A DNA stretch of 64,000 bases from Prevotella sp. (GTDB lineage: Bacteria; Bacteroidota; Bacteroidia; Bacteroidales; Bacteroidaceae): contig JAFULM010000011.1 of the NCBI GenBank assembly GCA_017483185.1, forward strand, positions 9,240-73,239, given 5' to 3'. Shown here in pieces: positions 46,665-56,450 of this stretch. A program made the translations under genes and the position numbers. The first letter of the stretch is position 1. The number at the start of each line of letters is the position of its first letter. The notes beneath the pieces are model-generated. The model was not told where the DNA came from and ran no database searches. It saw only the letters and a list, made by a program, of their open reading frames with translations.

Positions 46665-47206
46665 AGTTCTACATGACACCCAATGGCGATGTACGCTACA
46701 GATCTGGCAACAAAGAACAGCGTCTCAATGCCTTCTGTACCGATGTAATATCTAAGGTTCTGGAGTTGACGAGAGAGAGATTCCCGGCGTGTTATGCCCG
46801 GCTTGCTACAATCTATCCATATCAGTCTAATAAACCGTCAGTGCGCAGACGGGCTGAATTTGACATGGTATCACGTTTTATCCGGTGTAACTTCGGAGAG
46901 CATGACCTCCTAACTAATGACATTGAGCATGATATCATGTATTTCGAGGAGGTTAAGTGCCCTTTACGGGGCGGATTTTGCCCTGACGAAAATATTATAT
47001 GTAAACCCAAGGGGCTAATAAGACTGTCATCGGCAGAAAAATCAGTAGTAGATATGTACTTAATAGGATATACGTTTGATGAGATTGCCGGCAGACTCGG
47101 CAAAAGCCCTAATACGATTAAAGCACAGCTCCATCGTGTGAAAAATAAGCTTGGGGTGCGTAATTGCCGTGAGATTATCAAAATGCTAAGATTGAGTAAT
47201 ATATAA
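46652..47206 (+). CDS. Phage regulator with C-terminal LuxR-type HTH
   Basis: RFIRCNFGEHD, EEVKCPLRG, LSSAEKSVV...TFDEIAGRLGKSPNTIKAQLHRVKNKLGV. Confidence 0.8.
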   Translation: MEAIEFYMTPNGDVRYRSGNKEQRLNAFCTDVISKVLELTRERFPACYARLATIYPYQSNKPSVRRRAEFDMVSRFIRCNFGEHDLLTNDIEHDIMYFEEVKCPLRGGFCPDENIICKPKGLIRLSSAEKSVVDMYLIGYTFDEIAGRLGKSPNTIKAQLHRVKNKLGVRNCREIIKMLRLSNI

Positions 47207-47209
47207 GTT

Positions 47210-47356
47210 ATGCCATCGGAGTGTAAGAGATGCAAATGTTTGCGTAACTGCATTAATGGTGGTTTCTGTGTGCAACATAATAAATATATAGAATATGCAA
47301 AAGAAAAATTATGTACAAAGAACAGTCGCAGAGTTCGAGGCTGCCAAACCTCTTGA
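47210..47356 (+). CDS. 48-aa Cys-rich hypothetical protein (not in the ORF track)
   Basis: MPSECKRCKCLRNCINGGFCVQHNKYIEYAKEKLCTKNSRRVRGCQTS; starts 3 nt after the upstream stop. Confidence 0.5.
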   Translation: MPSECKRCKCLRNCINGGFCVQHNKYIEYAKEKLCTKNSRRVRGCQTS

Positions 47357-47624
47357 TATAGAGTTTCTGTCAATGTCACTGTCCGGGAACTGTGTCAAAT
47401 ATGCCAAAGGATTCCGTGTCAATAACGGCAAACCCGAGCCGCAGTTCATCTTATGGGATTCACGGGGCAGGGCGTACACTCGTTATATACCGAAGAAAAA
47501 TTCTGTGATGAGATTGCGCAATGTCATTGTGTTGTATCATGACGGATGGGCATATATACGTGATAGAGAGTTTGACCTATTCAAAAGGAATAATCATGAC
47601 CAGTACACGCAAATAAGAATGTAG
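47295..47624 (+). CDS. Phage hypothetical protein
   Basis: 109-aa ORF in the early operon (ILWDSRGRAY...REFDLF). Confidence 0.6.
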   Translation: MQKKNYVQRTVAEFEAAKPLDIEFLSMSLSGNCVKYAKGFRVNNGKPEPQFILWDSRGRAYTRYIPKKNSVMRLRNVIVLYHDGWAYIRDREFDLFKRNNHDQYTQIRM

Positions 47625-47632
47625 TAGATTTA

Positions 47633-47815
47633 ATGATATTTATGCAGAGGCCAGTTTTTATAGATACAGAATCAGAGGTTTTCTGGAACATGTCCGAATT
47701 GGAGCGAGAGCAATATATGCTCAACACCCCTACCCAATGCAGATTACGTGCGGAATTGATGCGCAAGGGTATAATCAAGTTCGACGATGCGGAAGAGGTC
47801 ACCGATATGATGTAG
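47633..47815 (+). CDS. Small phage hypothetical protein
   Basis: 60-aa ORF co-oriented in the early operon. Confidence 0.5.
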   Translation: MIFMQRPVFIDTESEVFWNMSELEREQYMLNTPTQCRLRAELMRKGIIKFDDAEEVTDMM

Positions 47816-47932
47816 CCTAATGTTAAAATTGGAGGAGAACAGTCGTATATCAGTAATTTATGTCATGGTAATGCATGGTATTTTGAGAAAAATAGAAGAC
47901 TGTATATCTTTGCCGAAGAAGAGTAAACCAAT

Positions 47933-50900
47933 ATGATAAGCAACAGAACAATAGAAAAGGTACTCGATCGGGCTGATATAGTCGATGTGGTGTCAGACTA
48001 CATTGACTTGCACAAGTCTGGCGTGAACTTCAAGGGGCTGTGTCCATTCCACGAAGACCGCCATCCATCGTTTATAGTTTCACCAGTGAAAAACATTTGT
48101 CACTGTTTTGTTTGTGGCAAGGGTGGTAATTCCATCAGTTTCGTCATGGAACGCGAGGGATTAACATTTCCGGAGGCCGTACGACACCTTGCCAAGAAAT
48201 ATAATATTGAGGTGGAAGACGAGAGTGAGGAGCGTACATCAGAACAGCGTGAGGAGGAGAGCAAGCGCGAGAGCATGTTTGTCATCAATGCTGCAGCGCG
48301 TGACTACTACCGCCAACAGATCAAACTCGGTACTCCTGCAGCACGAGCAGCTTTCGCATACGTCAGCCGCCGGTGGAACTGCCGTCTGAAGACCGAGGAA
48401 GATAAGAATACGAAAGAGGAACGCGAAGACTATGACCGTGACTTCGGCGAGATAGTTCAAATAGGCTATGCGCCGGATTCGTGGAACTCACTCGTACAGT
48501 GGGCCACAGGCAAGGGCTACTCACTCAAGCTCATGGAGGAGGCAGGATTGATTAAGGAGTCGTCGCGTGGCGGGTATATAGACACATTCCGTGATCGCAT
48601 CATGATTCCCATCTGCGACAAATACGGGCGTGTGCTGGCCTTTACGGCGCGGACCATGAAAGAGGATTCCGACGGTCCCAAATACATCAATAACAAGAGC
48701 TCATTCATCTACGATAAGGGTCGTAGTGTGTTTGGTATCGACATTGCCCGCAGCCGTGCTATCACAGAGAACAAGTTCTATCTCGTCGAGGGCGGTCCCG
48801 ACGTACTGAAACTGCAGAGTATAGGCGTGGAGAACACTGTGGCTGCTCTCGGCACGGCATGGACCAAGGCCCATCTGGCACTATTGCGGTCTGTGTTTCG
48901 TAACCGCAACGCTTCTCCGACGCTCTGTTTCATTCCTGATCAGGACGAGGCTCGGCGTGGGCAGCAGTTCTCACCAGGCATCGCCGCCGTTATGACAAGT
49001 GGCCGTCTGGCAATGGAGGAGGGCTTCACCGTGACAGTGAAGGAGATTCCGGAGGCCAAAGACGGTAAGAAGCGCGATGCCGATAGTTACATACATAGTG
49101 CTGAGATACTGAGGAGCATCCCGGAAGAAGACTTCGCCCTGTGGTATGCAGCCAAGGTCATCGACCGCACAGAGAACACCACCGGACGGAGTGAGAAGAT
49201 CAAGGATGTGTGTTCGCTGGTGATATGTATTAACGACGATTACACGCAGAACGCCCTCATCGAGAAACTGGGCAATACCTACGGCAATAAGAATATCTGG
49301 CGTAGTGCGTTGAAGCAAGCCGTAAAGGACCGGGAACGTCGCAAGGCCGAAGCCATCAGCAAACGTGGTGATATAGACCTGCTGAAGATGTACGGATTCT
49401 ACGAGGAGAATAATTGTTGTTATTCCAGCAGTGGCGCCCAGTGGTCTAATTTTGTTATGGCTCCACTGTTCCATATCCGCGACCCTTACAATTCCAAACG
49501 TATATACAAACTCGTCAATGTCAATCGCGAAGAGGTTCTTATCGAGATGAAGGAATCCGAGATGTATAGTTTGCAGTCTTTCCGTGAGCGTGTCGGTTCA
49601 ATGGGAAACTTCCGCTGGAAGGCTGGTCCCAATGAGCTGAACAGCCTTGGAGATTATCTTTATGACCGCACGGAAACGGCCGTCGAGATAAAACAGCTTG
49701 GCTGGAACCATGCCGGATTTTTCGTCTGGGGTAACGGCATAGTGCATGAGGGTACTTTCCTGCCCGTTGATGACTACGGCATCGTGCGCATAGATCGTAG
49801 CGATGATATGGGCAAAGTGCAAGGCACTGACAATTATTACCTGCCGGCCATGTCGCGCATCTATACCGACCGCAAAGACATGTTCAAATTCGAGCGCATG
49901 TTTATTCATGACGCGAATCATAGTAGCATATCAATGGAGGGGTATTGCACTATGATGTCAGATGTGTTCGGTGACAACGCCAAAGTGGGTGTCATGTTTC
50001 TTATAGCTACGCTTTTCCGCGACATTGTTACAGGATATACCAAGAATTTCCCAATTCTTAACCTCTTCGGCCCCAAAGGTTCCGGTAAATCAGAGCTCGG
50101 CCATTCTCTCATGAGCTTCTTCATCAAGAGCAATACGCCGCTTAACATACAGAACGCCACGATTGCAGCATTGGCTGACGCGATTGCACAATGTTCCAAT
50201 GCACTTGTACATATCGACGAGTACAAAAATAACGTTGATCCTGTAAAGATAGAGTTTCTCAAGGGACTGTACGATGGAGCTGGGCGCAGTCGCATGAACA
50301 TGGATCTTGACAAGAAGCGTGAGATAACAAGTGTTGACTCGGCTGTGATTCTATCCGGACAGGAGATGCCCACCGTTGATATTGCTCTTTTCTCACGTAC
50401 CATATATCTCACATTCGATACAACAGTGCACAGCCGCGAGGCAAAGCAGCGCTTCAACGAGCTCGCGGCCATCCGTAAGATGGGAGTGAGCCACCTGACC
50501 AACGAGATATTATCTCATCGCGCCGAATTTGAGAATGATTTTTATCGTCAGTATGGCTTCATCAGCGAAGACATTGCTCAAGGCATACAAGGAAATGAAG
50601 TGGAGGACCGTATCTGGAGAGACTGGGCCGTACTGCTTGCCTCGTATCGCGTCATGGTGCGATTCATGCAATTACCTTGGACATACGAGGAGATGCGGCA
50701 GATAACCATCGATGGCATACGGCGGCAGAATACAGAGTGTGCCGCATCGAATGAGATAGGCAACTTCTGGAACATGCTCGAATATATGAGTAGTGAGGGC
50801 ATGATATACGATGAAGCGGATTTCAAGATAAAATATCTCGACGGTATCAAGACCAATGTGACTGAACGTCTGTTCGACCGAACCAAACCTGTATTGATGT

Positions 50901-51241
50901 TGCGTCCCAAGAAGATAATCCTGCAGTATAAGAAGGCCGCAAAGCAGACCGACGAAAAAGCCATGAGTGAGCGCAGCATCCGGTTCTACCTTCAGACCAG
51001 TCCGGGATTTCTCGGCAAGAAAAAAGGTACTGAGCGTTTCAAGGTCGTTATCGGTGGCCAGGTGCAGAAGAATTATTACCCGCAGGAAAACAGATCAAGA
51101 GATGTTGAACAGTTTGATAATCCTTTTTGTTTCGACTACGAGGTTCTGAGACAGAAATTTGATCTTAATCTTGAGACTCGTGAGCATCGTGATGGCGATG
51201 ACGATGATGATACTCAACTTCAGGAGAAAAGCTTTTTTTGA
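47933..51241 (+). CDS. DnaG-type primase fused to a P-loop helicase-like domain
   Basis: CHC2 finger CPFHED...CHCFVCG, FRDRIMIPI, PKYIN, Toprim LVEGGPDV / IPDQD / DAD; C-terminal GPKGSGKS and VHIDEY. Confidence 0.9.
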   Translation: MISNRTIEKVLDRADIVDVVSDYIDLHKSGVNFKGLCPFHEDRHPSFIVSPVKNICHCFVCGKGGNSISFVMEREGLTFPEAVRHLAKKYNIEVEDESEERTSEQREEESKRESMFVINAAARDYYRQQIKLGTPAARAAFAYVSRRWNCRLKTEEDKNTKEEREDYDRDFGEIVQIGYAPDSWNSLVQWATGKGYSLKLMEEAGLIKESSRGGYIDTFRDRIMIPICDKYGRVLAFTARTMKEDSDGPKYINNKSSFIYDKGRSVFGIDIARSRAITENKFYLVEGGPDVLKLQSIGVENTVAALGTAWTKAHLALLRSVFRNRNASPTLCFIPDQDEARRGQQFSPGIAAVMTSGRLAMEEGFTVTVKEIPEAKDGKKRDADSYIHSAEILRSIPEEDFALWYAAKVIDRTENTTGRSEKIKDVCSLVICINDDYTQNALIEKLGNTYGNKNIWRSALKQAVKDRERRKAEAISKRGDIDLLKMYGFYEENNCCYSSSGAQWSNFVMAPLFHIRDPYNSKRIYKLVNVNREEVLIEMKESEMYSLQSFRERVGSMGNFRWKAGPNELNSLGDYLYDRTETAVEIKQLGWNHAGFFVWGNGIVHEGTFLPVDDYGIVRIDRSDDMGKVQGTDNYYLPAMSRIYTDRKDMFKFERMFIHDANHSSISMEGYCTMMSDVFGDNAKVGVMFLIATLFRDIVTGYTKNFPILNLFGPKGSGKSELGHSLMSFFIKSNTPLNIQNATIAALADAIAQCSNALVHIDEYKNNVDPVKIEFLKGLYDGAGRSRMNMDLDKKREITSVDSAVILSGQEMPTVDIALFSRTIYLTFDTTVHSREAKQRFNELAAIRKMGVSHLTNEILSHRAEFENDFYRQYGFISEDIAQGIQGNEVEDRIWRDWAVLLASYRVMVRFMQLPWTYEEMRQITIDGIRRQNTECAASNEIGNFWNMLEYMSSEGMIYDEADFKIKYLDGIKTNVTERLFDRTKPVLMLRPKKIILQYKKAAKQTDEKAMSERSIRFYLQTSPGFLGKKKGTERFKVVIGGQVQKNYYPQENRSRDVEQFDNPFCFDYEVLRQKFDLNLETREHRDGDDDDDTQLQEKSFF

Positions 51242-51279
51242 ATGTTACTTAATCATATAGGAACTCATATCCTTTACAG

Positions 51280-51312
51280 AAGCCCGGCTGTCGTGAGATA
51301 GTCGGGTTTTTT
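51280..51312 (+). terminator. Intrinsic terminator after the primase gene
   Basis: agcccggctgtc-gtga-gatagtcgggtt-tttt. Confidence 0.75.
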
Positions 51313-51357
51313 ATTAATGTGTGTAAATAGCTACCTTGTATCGAAAAACAATTAGTT

Positions 51358-51586
51358 TACACACATTACACACAAGCACACACATGGTCATTATCAGCGA
51401 CTTAGGCCTCACACACATACACACAATCCACACACATTGACACACACAGAATTATAAAAGAGAGCTTTTTATATCTATTTACACACGATTTTATTAATTA
51501 CACACATTGTTTTAGTAGGGGCTTCTATATAACATATTGATAATCAAATTGTTAGTGTTTGTGGTGTGGTTGTGTGTGTTGTGTGT
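51358..51586. repeat. ACACAC iteron-like cluster with inverted GTGTGT copies (candidate replication origin)
   Basis: Multiple acacac units at 51358-51450 and near 51481/51500, inverted tgtgtg units at 51560-51586, AT-rich spacer. Confidence 0.6.
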
Positions 51587-51680
51587 TCTTATATTATATA
51601 TGCTCTCTATTTATTTGTTTTCTCGCTTTAGTGGGAATTTACACTAAATTTGTTATCTTTGCATTGAATATCAGTTGATT

Positions 51681-52163
51681 ATGAGCAAATTCGTCTTTTA
51701 TATTAAACTTCAGCCTTTTGTAGCCCAATGGCTGGTACATTCATTCGGTAGTCCGGTTGTTTTTCCTCCGCAAAGCGTTGAAAACTCTACAATCCGCCGA
51801 TTTATCCGCAAACGTCCGTTAGATGTCCTGCCAGATACGGCTGCACCCGGTCTGACGGCAATCTGTATTCCAGACAGCACCCAGACGCCGCCGGAGATTT
51901 ACAATTATCTTGGTCTCATGGGTAAAAAGGCCGTCGAGGAGTGTATCGAAGATAATTTCCGATTGTCTATGTGGAGTGAACTCAACGACCTGCATGACAT
52001 AGGCTGCTCTGTCATGACTGCCATCTATGCGTGGTGCGACAAACACGGCATTGACTATGATTATGCTCTGACTGTACGACAACGTTATTACCGTCTCCGC
52101 GACAGCTATCTCAAAAATGGTATCGATTTTCGGCACCGTATGCGGAACAAAAAACGTATTTAA
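51681..52163 (+). CDS. Phage hypothetical protein (possible late regulator)
   Basis: Own TATCTTTG promoter; C-terminal AIYAWCDKHGID...TVRQRYYRLR helical motif. Confidence 0.7.
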   Translation: MSKFVFYIKLQPFVAQWLVHSFGSPVVFPPQSVENSTIRRFIRKRPLDVLPDTAAPGLTAICIPDSTQTPPEIYNYLGLMGKKAVEECIEDNFRLSMWSELNDLHDIGCSVMTAIYAWCDKHGIDYDYALTVRQRYYRLRDSYLKNGIDFRHRMRNKKRI

Positions 52164-52206
52164 TGTTTTTTAATATTAAAATCATAGCCACAAGATGGCT
52201 TAATTT

Positions 52207-52250
52207 GTACATAACCGTACAACGCCGTACATTACCGTACGGCACCGTAC
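52207..52250. repeat. (CC)GTAC repeated five times at 10-bp period
   Basis: gtac at 52207, 52217, 52227, 52237, 52247. Confidence 0.85.
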
Positions 52251-52263
52251 AAATTTGAATCGT

Positions 52264-52683
52264 ATGAAATCAATCAATTTAGTCACAGCAGTTGAACGTA
52301 CTTATTATCGAAATCTTGAAGGTATGCGCTACTTTGGTTTAACAAGTGTAATGCTGCCTGTTGGGATTGTGTGGTCCCCTTTGCCTGTTAAAACTCCCTG
52401 TTCGCTTGTTATCTCTGACAAAAACGAGGATAACAATACCTTATATACGGCCAAACTCGTCTTCAAGACCTGTCAGGACCTTGTCGACCGCAAACATTAC
52501 GTCTACCGTTGCCGTTTGGCCGATGGGAGGTATCGGTTGCTTGGATCCAATGAACGGCCGTTCACCATCATTTCCGTTACCGAAGATATGCCGGAGCGGA
52601 TAACTGATTCTCAGCTCTCCGAAGTTACAGTAACTTATACCATCAATCGTTTTATACCTTTTATCTTGCCAGAAACCTTCTAA
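52264..52683 (+). CDS. Phage hypothetical protein
   Basis: 139-aa ORF directly upstream of the Clp protease gene. Confidence 0.7.
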   Translation: MKSINLVTAVERTYYRNLEGMRYFGLTSVMLPVGIVWSPLPVKTPCSLVISDKNEDNNTLYTAKLVFKTCQDLVDRKHYVYRCRLADGRYRLLGSNERPFTIISVTEDMPERITDSQLSEVTVTYTINRFIPFILPETF

Positions 52684-52741
52684 ACAAGTATTTTTTTATT
52701 ATTATCCATTGTCTATCTTTGCACAAACACAAAGATAGACA

Positions 52742-53857
52742 ATGAAATATAATCTCGTAATATCAGGCGAAATCGGCGGTTGGTGGAATGGCTGTTCCGC
52801 CGACTATGTGCGTTATGTCCTTGATTGCAACAAGGACAAGGATGTACATGTCGGTTTTTGTTCGTTAGGAGGCTACGTTAAAGACGGGCTTGAGTTGCAT
52901 CAGGCATTCCGAGATCATGGGCGCGTATATGCACACGCATTCGGAATGAACGCTTCCATATCCACTATTGCCATGCTTGGTGCAAAGAGCATAGATATAG
53001 TCAAAGGTTCATTCTTCCTTATACATAATGTATCTGTGACCCTCAGCAAATGGGCGCAGACCAACAAGGAACAGATGGACGAATATATTGCGGAACTTCA
53101 GAAGACACGTGCGGACCTCAAGACTTTTGACGAAGTCCTGGCGTCCATGTATTCAGAGAAAAACGGCAAGCCCATAGCCGACAATCTCGCACAGATGAGA
53201 CGCGGCAACTGGCTTTCGGCTCAGCAAGCCCTTGACTTCGGTCTCGTTGATGCAATCCGTGACGATGCCGAAACAGAGACCGAGGCTCGCAATTACATTC
53301 AGACTTTTATCAATTCATATAATTTCAAGGATTCAGGCATACCGCCTCTTCCGACCGATGATGACAGCCGGCTGTCGTCTATTGTCGATGATTCGGGCAA
53401 TCCAACTCAGAGTTTCCTGCAGAAGACGTGGCAGGGATTCCAGAGCCTGTTCCGTAACCAACACGCAGATAATCCCTCAACCAACAACAACATGAAGATT
53501 ACAGTCTTTAATTCTTTGATGGCATTGCTCGCCTTCAAAGATGGTTTCGAGCCTGACGGACAGGGCAACATCTCTCTCTCACAGGCACAGATGAAACAGG
53601 TAGATGACAGGTTGGCTGACCTTGAGCGAAAAGACCGTGAGAACGCCGATGCCATTAAGGCATCAGCCGCCGCTGTCGTCAAGCTCAAGGACAAGGTAAC
53701 TGCACTTGAGGCCGATATCGCGGCCAAGGATCAGCAGATTGCCAACCTCAAGCAGGGGCCGGGAGCCTCCAGTGGTAGAAAACCGGATGATGGCAATGAC
53801 GGTGGTGACATTGCCAATGCCCGCGATTTGTATAATCTCATAAAAGACATCGACTGA
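52742..53857 (+). CDS. ClpP-family prohead protease with C-terminal coiled-coil scaffold
   Basis: CSLGG, NASIST catalytic Ser, FLIHN, WLSAQQALDFGLVD. Confidence 0.85.
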   Translation: MKYNLVISGEIGGWWNGCSADYVRYVLDCNKDKDVHVGFCSLGGYVKDGLELHQAFRDHGRVYAHAFGMNASISTIAMLGAKSIDIVKGSFFLIHNVSVTLSKWAQTNKEQMDEYIAELQKTRADLKTFDEVLASMYSEKNGKPIADNLAQMRRGNWLSAQQALDFGLVDAIRDDAETETEARNYIQTFINSYNFKDSGIPPLPTDDDSRLSSIVDDSGNPTQSFLQKTWQGFQSLFRNQHADNPSTNNNMKITVFNSLMALLAFKDGFEPDGQGNISLSQAQMKQVDDRLADLERKDRENADAIKASAAAVVKLKDKVTALEADIAAKDQQIANLKQGPGASSGRKPDDGNDGGDIANARDLYNLIKDID

Positions 53858-53858
53858 T

Positions 53859-54824
53859 ATGGCAGGAACAGGAGCAGTGAAAATCACACCGGAGGACCTT
53901 AACAAGTCCTACCATACGTATCGCAAGGAGCTTATCCAGCAGCCGGTCTTCGCATTGGCTGATGCTTTGCAGTATATGACTCTTTGGCTCGGCGTACGTT
54001 ACAAAGAGACTCTTGGAGAGCTTCATGGCAGCATGGAGATTGGCAATTACGACCCTCTGGCACTTGATGACGAAGATGTAAATATTATCGGCCGCACGCT
54101 TGAGGTGTATCATGGCAACTGTGTCAAGCAGTTTGACCCGAACTCGGTTCTGCAGTCTATCTACGGCTCAGCGGTACTCAAGGGCGATGGATTGAAAAAT
54201 GTGCCCATCACTAAGATTGTCTTCGCGTATCTGATGAAGAAATTGGGTGAATCTCTGTATGAGAATCTGTGGACGGCAAAGCACGTCGATGGTAGCCGCA
54301 AGACATCCGAGTATTTCGATGGCTTCGAAACCATCATAGACAAAGAGATTGCAGCCAACAACATCTCTGTTGCCAACAAAAACATGGTGGAGATTCCGGC
54401 TATCACGAAAGAGAATGCCGAAGATGTCTTCAAGGATTTCTATCGTCAGGCTTCTCCCAATCTCATCAAGGGCAATACACGTTTGTTCTGTACATACGAT
54501 GAATACTGGGCGTACTGCGATGCTTATCAGCTCAATCATGGCTCGTTACCTTACAACAACAAGTATGACAAGCCGATACTGGAGGGCTCGCTCGGCAAGT
54601 GCGAGATCACGCCGCTGCATAATGTTTCTGCCGGCAAGCTCAAGCTGACCACAAAGAGTAATCTCATTGTGGGCATGAACCTTGCAAGTGAATACGGTGA
54701 CTTTGTTGTAGAGAAGTCTCTCAAGTCCCATTATTGGCTTGATCTTGTGTGCAATATGCTCTTCGGCTGCCAGATAAAATCTCTGTCGCCGGAGTTTGGT
54801 TGCTACGCTAAGACGACTGAATGA
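53859..54824 (+). CDS. Putative major capsid protein
   Basis: 321 aa, starts 1 nt after the protease-scaffold stop; FDGFETII motif; call rests mainly on synteny. Confidence 0.6.
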   Translation: MAGTGAVKITPEDLNKSYHTYRKELIQQPVFALADALQYMTLWLGVRYKETLGELHGSMEIGNYDPLALDDEDVNIIGRTLEVYHGNCVKQFDPNSVLQSIYGSAVLKGDGLKNVPITKIVFAYLMKKLGESLYENLWTAKHVDGSRKTSEYFDGFETIIDKEIAANNISVANKNMVEIPAITKENAEDVFKDFYRQASPNLIKGNTRLFCTYDEYWAYCDAYQLNHGSLPYNNKYDKPILEGSLGKCEITPLHNVSAGKLKLTTKSNLIVGMNLASEYGDFVVEKSLKSHYWLDLVCNMLFGCQIKSLSPEFGCYAKTTE

Positions 54825-54851
54825 TTTTTTAACCATTTATAATTATTGAAT

Positions 54852-55460
54852 ATGGGTAAATGCACTGATAGTACGACACTGTACGATGATATTAATTTCT
54901 GTTCCGGACAGAAATCTATGCCAGGTGTGCGCAGCCACATCTATGGTGTCAGTCGTCGTGATATCATCGGATATCCGACAATTGACCGCTCTAAAGCCAA
55001 GGAACTTGCAAAAATAGCTGTCTATGACGGCAATTTCGCTTTGGCCGCTGATAAGTACTGGCATAAACTTGCTCTCGTGCCGAACGATGGCGAGATTAAG
55101 ACGGAGAATCAGGGATCTTATGGCAGCAAGACTTTCAAAAACACGGCAACCGTCAACCTTCCGGGAACCGAAGAGGAGGTGACCGGTTATATTTCCGAGG
55201 TTAACAACGATGAGATGCTCTATCTCGTCCCGCAGCGCAACGGTAAATATCGTTTGCTTGGATCAGAGGCGTTCACGCCGGAGCTCAAACTGTCGCAGAG
55301 CAGTGGCAAGAGTACGACCGATGCCAATCAGACAACTCTTGAGATCTCGGCAGACGACGAGTATGCAGCTCCTTTCTACCCGGGTGAGATACTTACGTCC
55401 GACGGCGTCATCAGCGGAGCAACTGGGCGGCCAGTTACTGATACTTCCGTAACAGAATGA
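54852..55460 (+). CDS. Phage structural hypothetical protein (possible tail-tube-like)
   Basis: Beta-rich 202-aa protein after the capsid gene; function inferred only from position. Confidence 0.55.
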   Translation: MGKCTDSTTLYDDINFCSGQKSMPGVRSHIYGVSRRDIIGYPTIDRSKAKELAKIAVYDGNFALAADKYWHKLALVPNDGEIKTENQGSYGSKTFKNTATVNLPGTEEEVTGYISEVNNDEMLYLVPQRNGKYRLLGSEAFTPELKLSQSSGKSTTDANQTTLEISADDEYAAPFYPGEILTSDGVISGATGRPVTDTSVTE

Positions 55461-55547
55461 TTTTTGCCATTTTTTTGAATAAATATTCTGTGTTGGGATG
55501 GCTTGGACGCTCTTTGTTCCGGTCATCCCTTTTTAATTATCAAGACA

Positions 55548-56450
55548 ATGAAAACAGATAGAATTTTAACCGCAAAGATTCAGGCGTGGCTCGATGCTCC
55601 GCAACATACGGACCGTGAGAATATCATGGCCGGTGCTTTCATGTTGCTGCAGTGCAATCGTAATCATGCCATGTTCAATCAGATTGGCCGTAATCCATCC
55701 AGATATGTGGAGAAGATTCGTTATGAGCTTAACAAATTCTTGCCGGCACGCCTCGATGATATGACACGCGAAGACGTCATCGCGCTCGACGCTGAAGTGA
55801 TGGACGATGTCGCTGCCGCTGTCGGGGCAGAACCGGAGACAAATGCCTCATGTCCCAGTGAAGAGCTTGACCTGCCGTTGCGTAAGGGTATACGCCCCGA
55901 CCATGACAGTCTCCCTGCAGACATACAGAGGCTTTGGACGGATAATGTCGAGCGCTGGAAGAGGATAAAGGGTCTTTTTGAGACCTGCAAGAGCATCGCT
56001 AAACCGTGTGAGCGTTATACCCATTTGGTCGCATTGAAGGATTCTTGGTATAAATACAAGGAGACGATGAATGCTTATGATGATTTCGTATCGTCTGCAG
56101 ATACCGGAGACGGTCAGCCTGCAGTGCCTGTCGATGCCGCTTCTATGGCGCGTGACATCAATAACGCACGTTCGTATATATCAAAGAATCTCGATGGGCT
56201 GCTGCTTCTTGCTCAGCAAGTTCAAAATGAAGATGTGGACGAGAAGACCAGAGGCAATTTTTCTCGTTTGCTCTCTAAGATACAAGACCGTGTGACATTG
56301 CTTGTCAATAATGGTCAGACCATAGGTGATGACCTGAAGGGCAAACTCTTGCCGCTTGGAGTAGTTTTTACATCAGATGCCGCTTCCGGCGCGGCGCAGG
56401 ATAATGAGCAGGGGACGCAGCATATCGACCATACTCAGGCCGCTCAGTGA
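55548..56450 (+). CDS. Phage hypothetical protein
   Basis: 300-aa ORF in the late operon (GIRPDHDSLPADIQRLW). Confidence 0.7.
   Translation: MKTDRILTAKIQAWLDAPQHTDRENIMAGAFMLLQCNRNHAMFNQIGRNPSRYVEKIRYELNKFLPARLDDMTREDVIALDAEVMDDVAAAVGAEPETNASCPSEELDLPLRKGIRPDHDSLPADIQRLWTDNVERWKRIKGLFETCKSIAKPCERYTHLVALKDSWYKYKETMNAYDDFVSSADTGDGQPAVPVDAASMARDINNARSYISKNLDGLLLLAQQVQNEDVDEKTRGNFSRLLSKIQDRVTLLVNNGQTIGDDLKGKLLPLGVVFTSDAASGAAQDNEQGTQHIDHTQAAQ

Noticed and set aside
47933-51241. Host dnaG
   Set aside because: Twice the usual length, fused to a P-loop domain and located among phage genes
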